A stretch of 61,701 nt of DNA, the filler included, from Bipalium vagum (Eukaryota): NCBI GenBank assembly GCA_037834085.1. It is 3 parts of 3 records of this genome, joined end to end, with 100 filler letters (N's around TTAATTAATTAA, not from the genome) between each part and the next. Parts side by side here need not be neighbours in the genome. Positions count along the whole stretch, not along the records: positions 22,047 to 44,117 come from JBBMKC010227432.1; positions 44,218 to 61,701 come from JBBMKC010063604.1; 1 more part is not named here. One strand, 5' to 3'. A program made the translations under genes and the position numbers. This document shows, piece after piece, positions 38,901-51,900 of the stretch. The notes beneath the pieces were generated by a model. It was given only the letters and a program-made list of their open reading frames with translations. It made no database searches and had not been told where the DNA came from. Within the stretch, counting starts at the first letter, position 1; every line of letters begins with the position of its first letter.

Positions 38901-40331
38901 AGACGGAAAAATTGGATTTTGTGAGAGCTGTAATTTTGTGAATATTTGGTAATCTCAGTAGAGATTATATTAACCAAATTTAATGAAAAATAATTGCATG
39001 AAAAATAGTTGAAAACTTTGTAATAAATAAAATTATTTAAATTTATATTTTTATATGCTTTGTAAAAATATATTTTTCATTTGTATAAATTACAAAAATT
39101 ATTGATTTTATTAATTATTCTTATTATTAAAAAAATATTTTTATTATTAAAATTAATAAATTGAATTATATAAATACTTTCTTTTTGGCAAGAAATAAAT
39201 TGTAACATATTAACATTAAGGTTAAGAAATTATATAAAAGGTATGAAATATTAATTTAATATATCCTAGGTTGAATTCAGTGATACAGAATTCAAATAAC
39301 ATTTAAAATCGTTTAAATAACTCAACAAATATTAAGAATAATATAAGTTTATATATATAAAATAATTAAATTAATAAATTATCTTAATATTATTATACAG
39401 TAAAATCCGCTTAATGTGATCACAGCAGGATCTACTACTTTTGATATTATTAACCCAAGGAAATAAAAATTACCATACTTATCTACTTTTAATAACTTTA
39501 TTATATCAATGTTGCAAACAGCATGTTATTTAAAATTTATTACCTTTTCCTAAAGTCACATTTTATAAAGACAATATTTTTTTTGAAATATTCATCCATT
39601 GTTTCTTTGAGTTCAATAATTCTCTAATGAATTGTTCATATTCATAATGTTTCTGAAAGTTTTTCCCTCGATGTTGAACACCGAGGAGAAGAATTTTAAA
39701 GCTTCCTGTATTTGAAAATCAGTTTGTGGTGTTTCTAAAACTTCTTTTTCTATTCTACCTTCATTGTTTATTTATATATTGGAATCAATGACAGATTAAC
39801 AAATGTATGATGTTGACATTGTTGCTGTTATTTGGAAATCATTATCAATATCTAACTAACTATCAAATTTCTCTTTTGATATACCATCTGTTTGTTGATC
39901 CAAGAATCGTTAGCAACATCATAAGATTCTTGAAATTGAGAATCTAGTTTTAATTTAGTTTTTAATAAATTGATAATAAGCAAAATTTTTGATTAAAATA
40001 AACAGCTTATTTGTTAATTAATTTATATAGAAAATTCTGATAACATAAAGCGGATTATACTGTGTATACCTTTCCCTGCATTAGAAATAAAAATTATACT
40101 TAATTATTTATCTATCTATTTATATTTATTATTTTAAGTGTTGATTCTGTGGAGAAAGCAAGACTCTATATTGGTCGCGGAATTGATTTGGAAGCTGTCA
40201 ATGAAGGTGAAATATGGATCCGTTGTCTTTCTGGTTTTTCTGTATTCGTACAAAGCTATTATCTTGACCACAAGGCTTATAGACAACCAGGAGGAGCGGT
40301 ACATAAAATATATCCAGGTGCATATATAAAA
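32982..40331 (+). CDS. smad4: Smad4-like (co-Smad) protein, partial: two exons encoding the N-terminal part of an MH2 domain
   Basis: Exon 32982-33175 reads [20 protein letters not shown]...[25 protein letters not shown]. It joins in phase 2 to exon 40139-40331, [17 protein letters not shown]...[42 protein letters not shown], which ends at a GTAAGA donor. VFVQSYYLD and VHKIYP.AYIK are Smad4-type motifs. Downstream exons were not found before the gap. Confidence 0.9.
34114..35306. mobile_element. Old Tc1/mariner-type remnant hosting a younger pogo-like insertion
   Basis: Degenerate TA-flanked ends CATGGTGTGCACAC / TTATGAACACCCTG. Confidence 0.45.
34521..35200 (+). mobile_element. Internally deleted pogo-like (DDE_1) DNA transposon
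   Basis: Perfect 22-bp TIRs CTCTAAATCTTCGATTAATTCC (34521-34542 / 35179-35200) with TA flanks. Coding remnant [22 protein letters not shown]...[14 protein letters not shown] (cf. IPGGLT..LQPLD). Confidence 0.88.
35874..36560 (-). mobile_element. Deleted Tc1-like element
   Basis: Minus-strand [16 protein letters not shown] and [11 protein letters not shown] (cf. WSDESKF). Confidence 0.75.
36895..37537 (-). mobile_element. Deleted mariner element
   Basis: TIRs TTAGGTTGGCAAGAAAGTTAA / TTAATTTTTTGCCAACCTAA with TA flanks. Minus-strand [17 protein letters not shown] resembles the mariner C-terminus. Confidence 0.82.
38290..38457 (+). mobile_element. Short Tc1/mariner-superfamily transposase fragment with one terminus
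   Basis: [26 protein letters not shown] (HTH segment), followed by a TIR-like ACATTTTTTTGAGACAATCTG. Confidence 0.6.
39398..40062. mobile_element. Non-autonomous pogo/Tigger-type TIR element, copy 2 (longer), in the smad4 intron
   Basis: Ends CAGTAAAATCCGCTTAATGTGATCA / TGATAACATAAAGCGGATTATACTG. Extensive similarity to 19420-19904. Confidence 0.8.
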
Positions 40332-40649
40332 GTAAGAAAATGATATACTTTATTTTATAATGTTACATTAAGAAAGTAATTATTACTAATATTATTGTTA
40401 CAGTACTAATATTATTATATTGTTTTTATGAGGTATATTTATTACATTTCATTCATATTTTTTAAAAAGTACAGATTCGTCAATGGGATTAATGAACATA
40501 ACAGTCTTTCAAATTTTTCTCTATAATAGAATATTTCATTAATCTTTATAAAAAAATTATTTTTAAAATCTGTAATTCAAGAACTGATTTAAAATATACT
40601 TAACATGCTTTTTAAATATATAATAATAAATTTTGTAATCAGTGTATTA

Positions 40650-41109
40650 TTGGGTTGTCGGTTAATTTCGTGCGGTTTATTAGATATAGATATATTAGAA
40701 AGATGCATAAATTTAAGAAAATCTTATTTTAAACAAAACAATTGTACAATTAATTGTTTTTTATGACTTCTGCCCAACGTGCATAAGCTTATCAATGCCA
40801 CAGCGATAGTAATCTGAGATCCGGAATTCAAAAAAGTCATCAAATCCAAAAAATTCGAGGACCTTCGGTGGCCTTGAAATCTTGATTGTACAAGAAGAGC
40901 AGAATGTGTCGAAAGTGTTCATTCTCTTTAATTTGAAATTTCATTTTGAAACGCTACTAATCACTAATTATTAAAATAAATGAAATATTTGAATAGACAT
41001 ACATGTAGACTGAAAGGTTGATTAGCTGTTAATCAATTGGTAAAATTATAATTTTTATTAGAGCAATTTTGAAGTTTTAAAAATCGCAAGAAATTTACCA
41101 ACAATCCAA
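40650..41109 (-). mobile_element. Internally deleted mariner derivative
   Basis: TIRs TTGGGTTGTCGGTTAATTTCGTGCGGTTT / AAATCGCAAGAAATTTACCAACAATCCAA with TA flanks. The minus strand retains YYRCGIDKL...RWAEVI. Confidence 0.78.
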
Positions 41110-41659
41110 TACTAGAAAAATTATAAAATCTAGATAATTTGATTTTTTGTGGTTACTCATTTTCATTGTTCCGTAAAATAATTATTGCTTAGTATAGATA
41201 AGCAATATAATAATTTATCTCATGCATTTAATAAAACACAATTCTTTATATTTGTTTAAAAAATGAAAGGGTGAATTATTGTAAATAGGCGCAAAAACGA
41301 AAAAATCCAGTGAATTTGTTAAACAGGTTTTCTCCGATTCTAAACAGGTGTTTTATTTGAACTTAATTGGCCAACCGCTTAGTAGATATTGTTATCCTTT
41401 ATAATAGAAGTTTTAGCACCAGAGCTGGATTTGCTAAAAAACATAAATCATTATTCGATAAGTATTGAATTAATCGAAGGTTTAAGAAAATTATTATTTG
41501 AACAAAAATGATAGGTTTAACTGCGTATGTAATTGTATGCTTTTCCGACTGTGAAATATATTTTTTTTTAATTATTTAAAACTTTCAAAATAAATTTACT
41601 AATCACAAAGGAATAAATACGTGTCAATATCAATAACAAAATTAAAAAAGCCCAAAATA

Positions 41660-42491
41660 TTAGGTTGGTAAAAATATAATTGTGTTTTTTTATATATTCA
41701 AAATTGACAACAGATTTTATGTTAGAAAATATCAATTACAACCAATTTTACTGTACGAGTTCAAATTTAGCCATATTCATGTGGAGACCATTCGTAAAAT
41801 CGATAAAACATTCAGTATGTGTACAGCAAATATGATCCGTATTTTTACTCTGTAACAACAACTACCCATTTCTTGATCACATTGTTACTACCTACCACAA
41901 CTAGTGGCAGTCATCACAGTGACTGGATATTGTCGAAACTCAACATTGGTTCGCAAATGCGAGATTGCACCAAAATAGACAATGGTGTTTATTTGATGAT
42001 TCACTACAGTTTCTGAGATCAGAGAAAAACGATGACATCAAATTATATTTTTTCAAGAAGGCGAGGAAATGCAGCGGAAATTTCAATCTTTGTGTCCTGC
42101 ATTAGTCAATAGAAAATATCCAATAGTTCTTCACGATAATTTTCAGCCATATTTTGTAAAACAATCCCTGCAGAAATTGAATAATTTTAGATATGAAGCT
42201 CTGTCGTATCTAGCATATTTATGGAATCTTTCATCTACTTAATATAATGGTTTATAATCTTTTCCACTTCCTACAAGATGAAATATTCCACAAGTACAGT
42301 GCTATTCAGGATGCCTTCCGTTTTTTTAGGGATTCCATAAAACTGGAATTCTAGGTCATTTGAATAAATAAATTAATTTCGCGTTGGAAAAATGTGTGGC
42401 TTGCCATGGATCATATTTTGAATATTTTTTTACTGAAATATTTAATAATACATTTTTGGTTTAAAAACGCAACTAATTATTTACCACCTTG
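41660..42491 (+). mobile_element. Decayed mariner element
   Basis: Left TIR TTAGGTTGGTAAAAATATAATTG. Remnants PALVNRKYPIVLHDNFQPY and RWKNVW/CHGSYFE. Confidence 0.75.
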
Positions 42492-44039
42492 ATTACGGAA
42501 AATTTCCAATTGCAGTCGAATTATTTAAGAATAATGCATTTTGAACTTGTATTGGACTGGCAAACTGTATTCCTTAAAAATGATGGTATTCAAAAAGCTT
42601 TGCACTTCCTTTATTCGGATGTGTAATCAATTGTAAATGTGACATTATCATTCTCGATAATGAAAAGAAAAAGATTTACTTCAAACTTTCAAAGTAATGA
42701 TGATTTGTATTTTGTATACCCCAATCAATATAGAATTCATATTTGTACTATTTTATTTTTTATGCCTGTCAATGACAACTCGGAAATAACCTTTAGACTT
42801 AGGTTGTCTTAAAACTGGTATCGCAAAAACATAAGATCAATGAGAACAATTTCCAAAGATTATAGACAACCCTGGACTCTATAAAAAAGAAAATATTATT
42901 TAACTTTTTTTATGAAATTTTTAACAATTATATTTACGGTAGGCAAGCCTTACATATAACATGATTGTAAAATTGATGAATGAAAAAAATTCATTAAAAG
43001 AATTTTAAAAATATATGTAAAAAATTTTTCTCTCAAAATAAAAAATGATCACAAAATTTGTTTATGAATCATTCTCACAAATTAATTGTAAACTTTTTTC
43101 AAAGAAAATGGAATTTATCTTTCGAGTTTTTTTGTTTTTCTTTTTGGGTAGATTATACTTTTAATGAGATCTCCAATAAATAATAACATTATTTTAATAA
43201 ACGAAACATTCTTTGCCATATGAATTTTTAATATTAATGATTTTTAATAAATGAATTAATTTTTAATTAATTTAATTTAATTTAAATATTGAAAAATAAT
43301 CAAAATATTTTATCAATTAATGCCATGATCGAAGAGTACCAGAAACAGATCTAAAATGTGGTTTTTATCAATTTAAAAATTGTAATAAACAATCATGAAA
43401 TGGACTTAGTGATTGTGATTTTGTGGAAAATTTTAATTAATAATTAATAATTATTTGATATATTTTACAATACTCAAAAGCAGAAACTATGCGTTTTCCC
43501 ATGATTCGAAATGTACTTCAAAGATAATATTTCAAGTCAAAATTGTATTCTAAATATCGTAGAAAATTTTCTAAAAAAGAACATGAAGTATTGATTTTTC
43601 TAAGAAATACAAGGATAATTATTCAATTAATAAATCTTTTACTAATTAATAAATTTCCTTTAGTAGCAATTTTCTACAATTTTTCTAAGTGAAATAATCA
43701 ACATAAAAAAACGTGTCACTGATTTCATTTGATTAGAAACATTAATAATAAAATAGAATTATTTAATATACATCAGAAATAATACAATCCTGTTTTTTTA
43801 TTCTTAATGGTTCATAAAAAATAAAAATTATTCTGTTTTTCCGAAAAATATTTTCTCATATTTAAGGTTTTATTATGCAAATAAAATGTATGAAACATGA
43901 TAGTAGAAAATAGATGTTAAAGAGTGTGTATTTTTATCATTTGTTATTTATATATCGTTTTTTAAACATATATTATTCCTAATATTATTAAATAATTGAG
44001 AGTTAATTACAAAAATTAACACTAGATTTAATTATCAGT

Positions 44040-44055
44040 TTAATAATAATAAATA

Positions 44056-44117
<62 letters not shown>

Positions 44118-44217
44118 NNNNNNNNNNNNNNNNNNNNNNNNNNNNNNNNNNNNNNNNNNNNTTAATTAATTAANNNNNNNNNNNNNNNNNNNNNNNNNNN
44201 NNNNNNNNNNNNNNNNN

Positions 44218-44287
<70 letters not shown>
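44040..44287. repeat. (TAA)n microsatellite interrupted by a 100-nt assembly spacer (44118-44217)
   Basis: Pure TAA repeats on both sides of 44 N + TTAATTAATTAA + 44 N. Confidence 0.95.
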
Positions 44288-44338
44288 TAGTTTTCTTTAA
44301 ATATTATGATTATTGAATAATAATCGACGCTTTTGTAG

Positions 44339-45823
44339 AAGGTCAATGGATAATAAAAATAGAAACATTGGATACCGAATCGGATTGTGGAACAACTGCC
44401 AATGTATTTTTAACAATATATGGAAAACATCGGGCTACAGCTCCATTACCTCTAAAATGTCAAAGAAATGTAAGTTTGCATCCTAATCCCGAGTTTTCAT
44501 TTCAACCAGGACAAATTGATGAATTTGAGGCAAATTTGGTTTTATTAAAAAAATGTTTAAAGGTCTTATAGGTAGCAACAGGAAACATTGGAGATATTGT
44601 TAAATTAAGGCTTAATCACGACAATCAAGGCGATTCACCTGATTGGCTTGTTGGAACTGTTCAAATGGAAAACAAAGATACTCACGAACACATGGACTTC
44701 GTGTTTAATCGGTGGTTATCTTTGACCAAAGACAATTGTGAAATTGTTAGAGAACTTCCACGAACTCAAGATGACAACTTTATATTGCCTAGTATATATA
44801 TTTTTTCATAATACTAATATATACCAGTAATAATATTTCATGCATTAAATTATTTTTTTTTGAAAAGTTGTCTTAACAACATTTTTGAGAAACTTTCTCT
44901 AATAATTATTATTAATAAATGTAACTGTTATTGATTTATTTATGGTCTGACAAAATTTTTTTCATTAATAATTATTTTACTTTATAAAATCAATTAATTA
45001 AGTTTTCGTATGTTTATTAGAAATGAAATCAGAACACAAAGGATACAATAAAATCATTTTTCATTAGACTTGTCTTATGAATATGAGAGAATACAAAAGG
45101 AAAATGATAAATATTTATAAAATAGATTTCGAATGAAAAATTTTTACCAAGATTTTAGTTTTTTTAGAAATAAAAAACTAAAAACTAATGTATTATTTTA
45201 TATGAAAACGTTATATTTTAAGTTTAGATATAATCAAATTTTCAGATGTTAAAGCTACTTCATAGTCATTTATTTTTAATTGATTGATAAAATACGCTCT
45301 TCAAATATATGGTATTGTGAGAACCACCTTATAATTATTGTGTTGCGAAAAATAAAATAATAAACGATTTCGTTTTTAGTGGTTAAATATCGAATTACAA
45401 TAACTACTGGTGACTGTTGGAATGCTGGAACAGATGCAAAAGTTTTTATATGCCTATATGGAACCCATGGAGATTCTGGACCAAGGCAGTTGTTGAAATC
45501 TATGACTTATTCTTCTCGGTTATTCGAGAAAGGCAGCGTAGGTTTACTTGGTGTTGATAATTATTTATCACATTACTTTAGAAAGTTTTTTTCAAACATG
45601 AAAAAAAAGGCTTAAAGAAAAATGCTTAACATTTAAATTAATAAAATATGGTGCTGAAAACTATCATATCAGCATTTCTTCATTGTTTTTATAAAGAAAA
45701 TAATGTATATATATTGTTGAGTGGTCCTAATGTCCAAATTTTTAAATGGAGCTAATAAATATCATAAAAATATGATAAGACTTTTTTATAATCGTGATTT
45801 GAATTTTAATTAATAATGATGAC

Positions 45824-45901
<78 letters not shown>

Positions 45902-48900
45902 AATGAAAAAAATATTCACTTTATTGTGTGACGATATCTAATTACATTATAGAGTAATACGTTCGAGATTGAATCCGTGAGCTTAGGTAGACTTCAACGT
46001 CTTATTATTGGCCATAATGGAATTGGACCTGGTAATGGATGGTTTCTAGAGAAAGTTTCAGTTCGAGCTCAACCGTTAACAAATGAAAGTCAAATTTCAG
46101 ACAGAGAAATTATATTTTATTGTAAAAGATGGCTTGATCACGGTGAAGATGATGGGAAAACTACAAGAGAACTGAAACCACAGGACGATTTTCAGCATAA
46201 TGCCATGGAAAAGGAAATGGTAATATTATAATTATATCTATTATATTAATGATTTTTTAAACTTTTAAGTGGGATTATGAAAAATGGAAATTCCAAAAAG
46301 GAAATATTATAATAATTTTCAGTCAGGCCACATGGAAGTGTATAAGAATAACTAAATTAGGCATAGCGGATGCTTCAGGAGATGAAAAGGATCCAGAATG
46401 TGAGATAATAGTTTTTATAATGAAATAGACATGTAAAAAAATAAAATAATAAAGGATATCATTATTTTTCCATTTTAATCTTATTCATAATTCAATGAAT
46501 AATAATAGAATTCTGATTTTTCTAATTATTATGATGACTTAAGTTTTATTATTTGTTAATGTTGTATTATCATTCGTAGCATTGACATTGAGGATCAATA
46601 AACAATAGTTTATCTGTGGTATATAAATGAGGAAAGAAATTAGATACCTTTACTCTTGTTTAAGCTTAACAATTTGTAAACCTTTTGTTTATTATGAATG
46701 TGGCTTTTATGATTTGAGAAAGACAGGAAATTACGTAAAATTTGGGACGTAAGTTTTAAAATATTAATAACTATACAGTTAACAATAAAAGAGATTGGAT
46801 TATTATGCTTTACAGTAAAATTGGTTATTGGATTGAATTAGTCTTGATTTATTTTAAATTGTTTTGTTTAAATTCTTTATTCTCAAAAAGATGAGCGAAA
46901 AAATTTTAATTTATTTATAATTTCTGTTTTATTATTTACATGTTATCGTTCATGTAATTTACATCAACATATATTAAAAGTTTTAATTTACATCATTAAT
47001 ATTGTCAATTTTATTGGTTTTCAGGCCATTTTGAAGTAGTTGTTGGTGATCATCCAGAGGTATGCCGTTTTAATAGTAAAGCCTACATTGGAAAGATATT
47101 AACAATAAAAGGAGCAGAAATTACTGGTGGAAATGGTAAAGAAATAGGTGGTATAGACAGTGATTTTAAAGTAAGAATTCAACCTGACCGAACTGTGGTG
47201 CTGGAGACAATGCGATATGTCAATCATCATATAATGGTAAATCACAATGATTCTACTCTCATCAAGTCAAGAGGCCCAGTCAGCTTACCGGGAAAAGCCT
47301 TCTTTGTCCATTGCAAGGTTATTGAACAGATCAGAAGTTTTTGATTTTATAATTAACTTTTGACTAATTAATCATTTTGAAATGCTTAATTTTAACTTTA
47401 AATTATTTGAACTTCAAAATTAAGGGGTTAGATAAATTTTATTCTGTTTATTTTTATTATTTTATTTTTTATTATTAAAAATGAAAAGATGGATTTCCTT
47501 CAACCACAGTTGACATTTAAGTCTCACGGATGACAATGCTCGTTCCTTTGTGTCAGTAATGACAGATTTTCTGTGAAATGGATGAAATTATAATTCTAGG
47601 GAAACAACATTACTTTCCAGATATAAATTTATCAAACAGGTTTGTGTTCAGAAATATGTAATTTAACAGGAGAAAAACACGATTTCTGAATATTAATTCT
47701 CTCTCAGGATATCTGGAAAATTTCATGAAAAACAAATTGAGAAAAACTGAAGCGGTTTACAGAAATATCATCTTCATAGGCTACTCAAGAAACACGGAGA
47801 TTATATCTAACTGATTGCAATTGACTAAAGATATATTTCTTGTTCTGGTGGATATTTTGAATTTTTAAAAAGCACTTTTTGAAACATTTTATTAATTATA
47901 TTTTTCAATAAATAATTCTTGAAATAAACAACTTTTAAAAAAATGAAAATTTTTATAAAAAAGCTTTAATTTTAAAATCTAATTTGTAAAAATATTTACA
48001 AAGTTTGAATATAATTTAATTAATTTGCTTTAATTATGATTACTTTTATAATAAATAAAAATAAATTTATAAAATTTATAAATTTATTTCAATTTTAATT
48101 TAAATAAGACTTAGTGGTTTCACTCATGATATCTTTTGTTGTAGGCTCTTAGTATATTATTTTATCTTTCAGATTTAATTTTTTCAATTATAAATAAATC
48201 ATTACATAAACGTAAATGCACTTTGATTATTTTCAAAATATTAATAACGATAAGCATCGTTTGGGAAACTCTGCAATTATTGCAACCATTCTACTAACAA
48301 AGGATAAGTAATTCATTGAATGTCAGTTTTTCTTTATTATAAATTGTATTTGCATAATGAAGGTAATCTGAAGATAGCTCTAGAAATTATTCACGTTCAA
48401 CATGTCCTAAATTTTAACTATTGTTTATATTATACAGTGAATTGCATAAACTTAGAAAGTGAATTTTATGTTTCGTTTTCTCTATAATAAACTCACAAAA
48501 TATTATGAAATTTGAAGGACGATAATAACAAGATAGCATTCATTTCTTTAATGAAGATAATATTTGATTTATAAATCTTGTCAAAAGGTCGAAAAATAAG
48601 TTGTCGTTTTTAATAACTCATATTCAATCAATAATGTAATTGTTTAAATATATCAGAACCATTTTTTGTCGATTTTTTGAAGTTTAATTCTTTAACATCT
48701 TTCAAGTAATTTTAATGAATATGAATTAAATATGTTGACATGACAGGCCAAGTGCTAAATCAAAATATCATACAACGTTGTCTGATTTACGAATTTGATG
48801 ATGATAAAGCGGCATTAGAGGCTGACTGATCGACTGACCAAATCTGTCCGGATGTTGTTGATGTCAAAAAATGTCAGATGTGTTTTTCAAAATAAAATAA

Positions 48901-51900
48901 ATAGTTTTTATTCAAAATAAAAAAATTTTGATTTACCATATGCTCCAAAATTGAACCGGTCACCAGTTTGGATAGTGAGGTTATACAGGTATTGATTACA
49001 AAAAACCCATGTGAAACAGTGTTTGGAAGATTGGTAAAAGGAAAATTTAATTACTGATCGGAAATTTACAAAAAACCTGTAGCTAATGGTTTTCATCTCT
49101 TAAATCTATAATTACTGCAAAACCAAATTTTAAAAAAAGTTCATTTCTAATGACTCTGTAAATATTGCCAAACAAGAATTTTATAATTTTTTATAAAGAT
49201 GGCAACATCAAATTACTTTGTAAATGAAGTTATATTCTAGAAATCAACGATGTCTATTTTTTTAAATAATATACTTCTTATATATGATTTTTTGTTTAAA
49301 CTTCTGTCATTTTTTATTTATCAACTTTGTAAAGAAATGCTTTTCGAATTTTTTATTTTTTTACTTGAATGAAATAATAATTTGATGGTTCATTTTTTAT
49401 TATGAAAATCAATTATCAGAAATTGATAATAATAGATCATAATAATATAATAATCATTTTTTAATTTACTTTTATAGAATGGAACAGTTTTTAAAATTCC
49501 TAATTGTTAATATTTTCGATTTTTACTAAAAATTCCAAGATTAATAATATTTTTGATAATTTAAGTAATAATATTAATTTATTTAAAAAAAAACATATTC
49601 ATATGTGAAATGCTTCTTTATAAAAAGAAATTAGATTTTGAGAAATTTTATTTTTCAAAATTTATATTTATCACTTTATAAATGTTTTTATTTTTTTAAA
49701 ATATTGATTATACTGGATTAACAATATGTTAAAAATTTTCGTTTAATCATCCTGGTAAGGTAAACTATACTATGAATTGTATTTTAAAAGGATAATTAAA
49801 TACCTTAATTAATTATTTTTTGGTAAACTTATAACAAAATTATTCGAAATTTAAGAAAAAAAATTATATTTTTTACTCATAATAATATTTATTAGAATAT
49901 CATTGCTTATTTATAAATCTCTAAAGTACTGATTTCCTTTTTCGATTGAGTTATAGGTGATAATTACACTTGGTACATAAATGTGTACTTGTTTGATCTC
50001 TTAATTCATAGCAACAAAGTTGTTCATTAAAAGTTTTGTTGAAAATGGTCGTTTTTTATTCGAGATATATTTTATATGTAGTAAACAAATATATACAAAT
50101 TATTAATTAATTTTATTTATTTTTATTTTTCAATAATAAATTTATAAGTACCTGAAAAAAGAAAAACTGATTTTTTGGCAGAAAATTTTAAGATAAAATT
50201 TTAGTATATAAACAAAAATTTCGATTTAACCTAAAGCATTATTTTTTGGGAATTAATTAAATAATACGTGAAATTTTGAAAAACTCTTTAGTTTTTAATA
50301 TTTCTTTAATTATGATTTCTACTTATAATAATTCATCAATGAGGATAGAAAAAAATATTTTTGGAACAGTTTTTAAATTTGATTGTTTTCATATTACTTG
50401 TATTCATTTTATGTTAACGATATTTTTAATATTTAAATTAAGATTGTTCACTTTTCCTGTGGACACAGGATAACTATTTGTTTCTTTATTATAATGGTTT
50501 TTTAGTAATATTTAATATGAATTAAAAAAAATATCATTTATTAGTTTATTTAAAAAATCAATTTATTGTTAAACTATCAATTTTTGGAGATTTAATGTTG
50601 AAGTCCATGTTTTGTAACCCCTTCAGAAAAATATTTTTGTCATTAATCATAATTTTTTGCTTACTTAAGATTAAAATTGGTAAAGATACAGTTTTTGATA
50701 CCTAAATTATTTTGTATAAATATTATTTTTTTTATTAAAAACAGTAAATATAATAATAGTTGATGTTTTTAATATTTAAATATTTAATTAATCTTAATGT
50801 AATATTAAAACAAAACATAATTTAGTGACCTAAACTGCATGTATCTCATAAAGTCATTACTGTGTAATATTTAACAGCCATAATAACTTATTTATTATCA
50901 ACTTAATTATAAAATAACCTTTAAATTATATTACTTTAACGAAGCGAGCATAACCCGTTATTTGGCCCAATGGTTATATTTGATATTTGATATTACATTT
51001 TAAAATCAATGCAGAGTTTAGTAATAATGTTTCATTGTTAAAAATAGGAGTTCGTCAACGTAAGTAATAAGTTCTTTTGTTGATCCATAGAAAAGAAAGA
51101 TAAGGGAAAAATCCTTTCCACATATGAGAGTATAGCTTAGAGATATGTAGGTAATACTCAAATTAAAATAATTTTAAGACAACGATTTGAATAAAAATAG
51201 AAAGAAATTCTACAGTGTATGATAAATAATAGACCTAAAAATTAGTATACAATGACCATTAATTCTCACTGTAGTCGAACATAGTCGAACATTCTCCCTG
51301 TAGTCGAACATGGTCTGCAGTAAAAATTTTTTTTAGTGATCTTAACAGAGTGATTTTGTCAGATGAAATAAGTAATTATCAGAAGAATATATTTGAAGAG
51401 ATATTTCGACGAATTTTCCATTAGTTTTTTAATTTTTTCCTAGTTTTTTTTAAACAATTTTCCTAATATCTTTAATTTATTTCTCTGAAGCTATCCATTA
51501 TTAAATTGCATTCACCATTATCCTGGTGAAAATACACCCAAAGAGATGCGAATAATTTTATTTATAATGTGGAGTATTTCTTTAGAAATGAACATAAGCA
51601 GGTATATCTGAAGCTCATATATTCTACAAATGAAGTTTTGAATATTAAGCTTTTCTTGGTAGGGACTGTGTTGTGTTACAGGACATGGGTTGAGTGTTGA
51701 CAATTACCAAATTCTATTAGAATTTATTACTATTTAAAACTCTTCTAAAAGTGATATTCGTAAGTTACAAAGAAACTTTCTAAATTTTTCTTAATCACAT
51801 TACAATTTTGTATGCTTTAGAAAAGTAAATTTTCATTTTTTAATCACAATAGAAGCTTGCCAAAACAAATTAACAACGTGTTTTTGTTTTCCTTTTCCTG

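Noticed and set aside
40139-44529. Smad4-PLAT fusion protein
   Set aside because: The smad4 exon ends in phase 0 and the PLAT exon begins in phase 1, and an assembly spacer separates them.
48780-49090. LINE endonuclease remnant (minus-strand GSILEH)
   Set aside because: The similarity is too short to support without a profile search.
51262-51311. CRISPR-like repeat-spacer array
   Set aside because: Only 2-3 short irregular repeats, no spacers, eukaryotic context and no cas genes.
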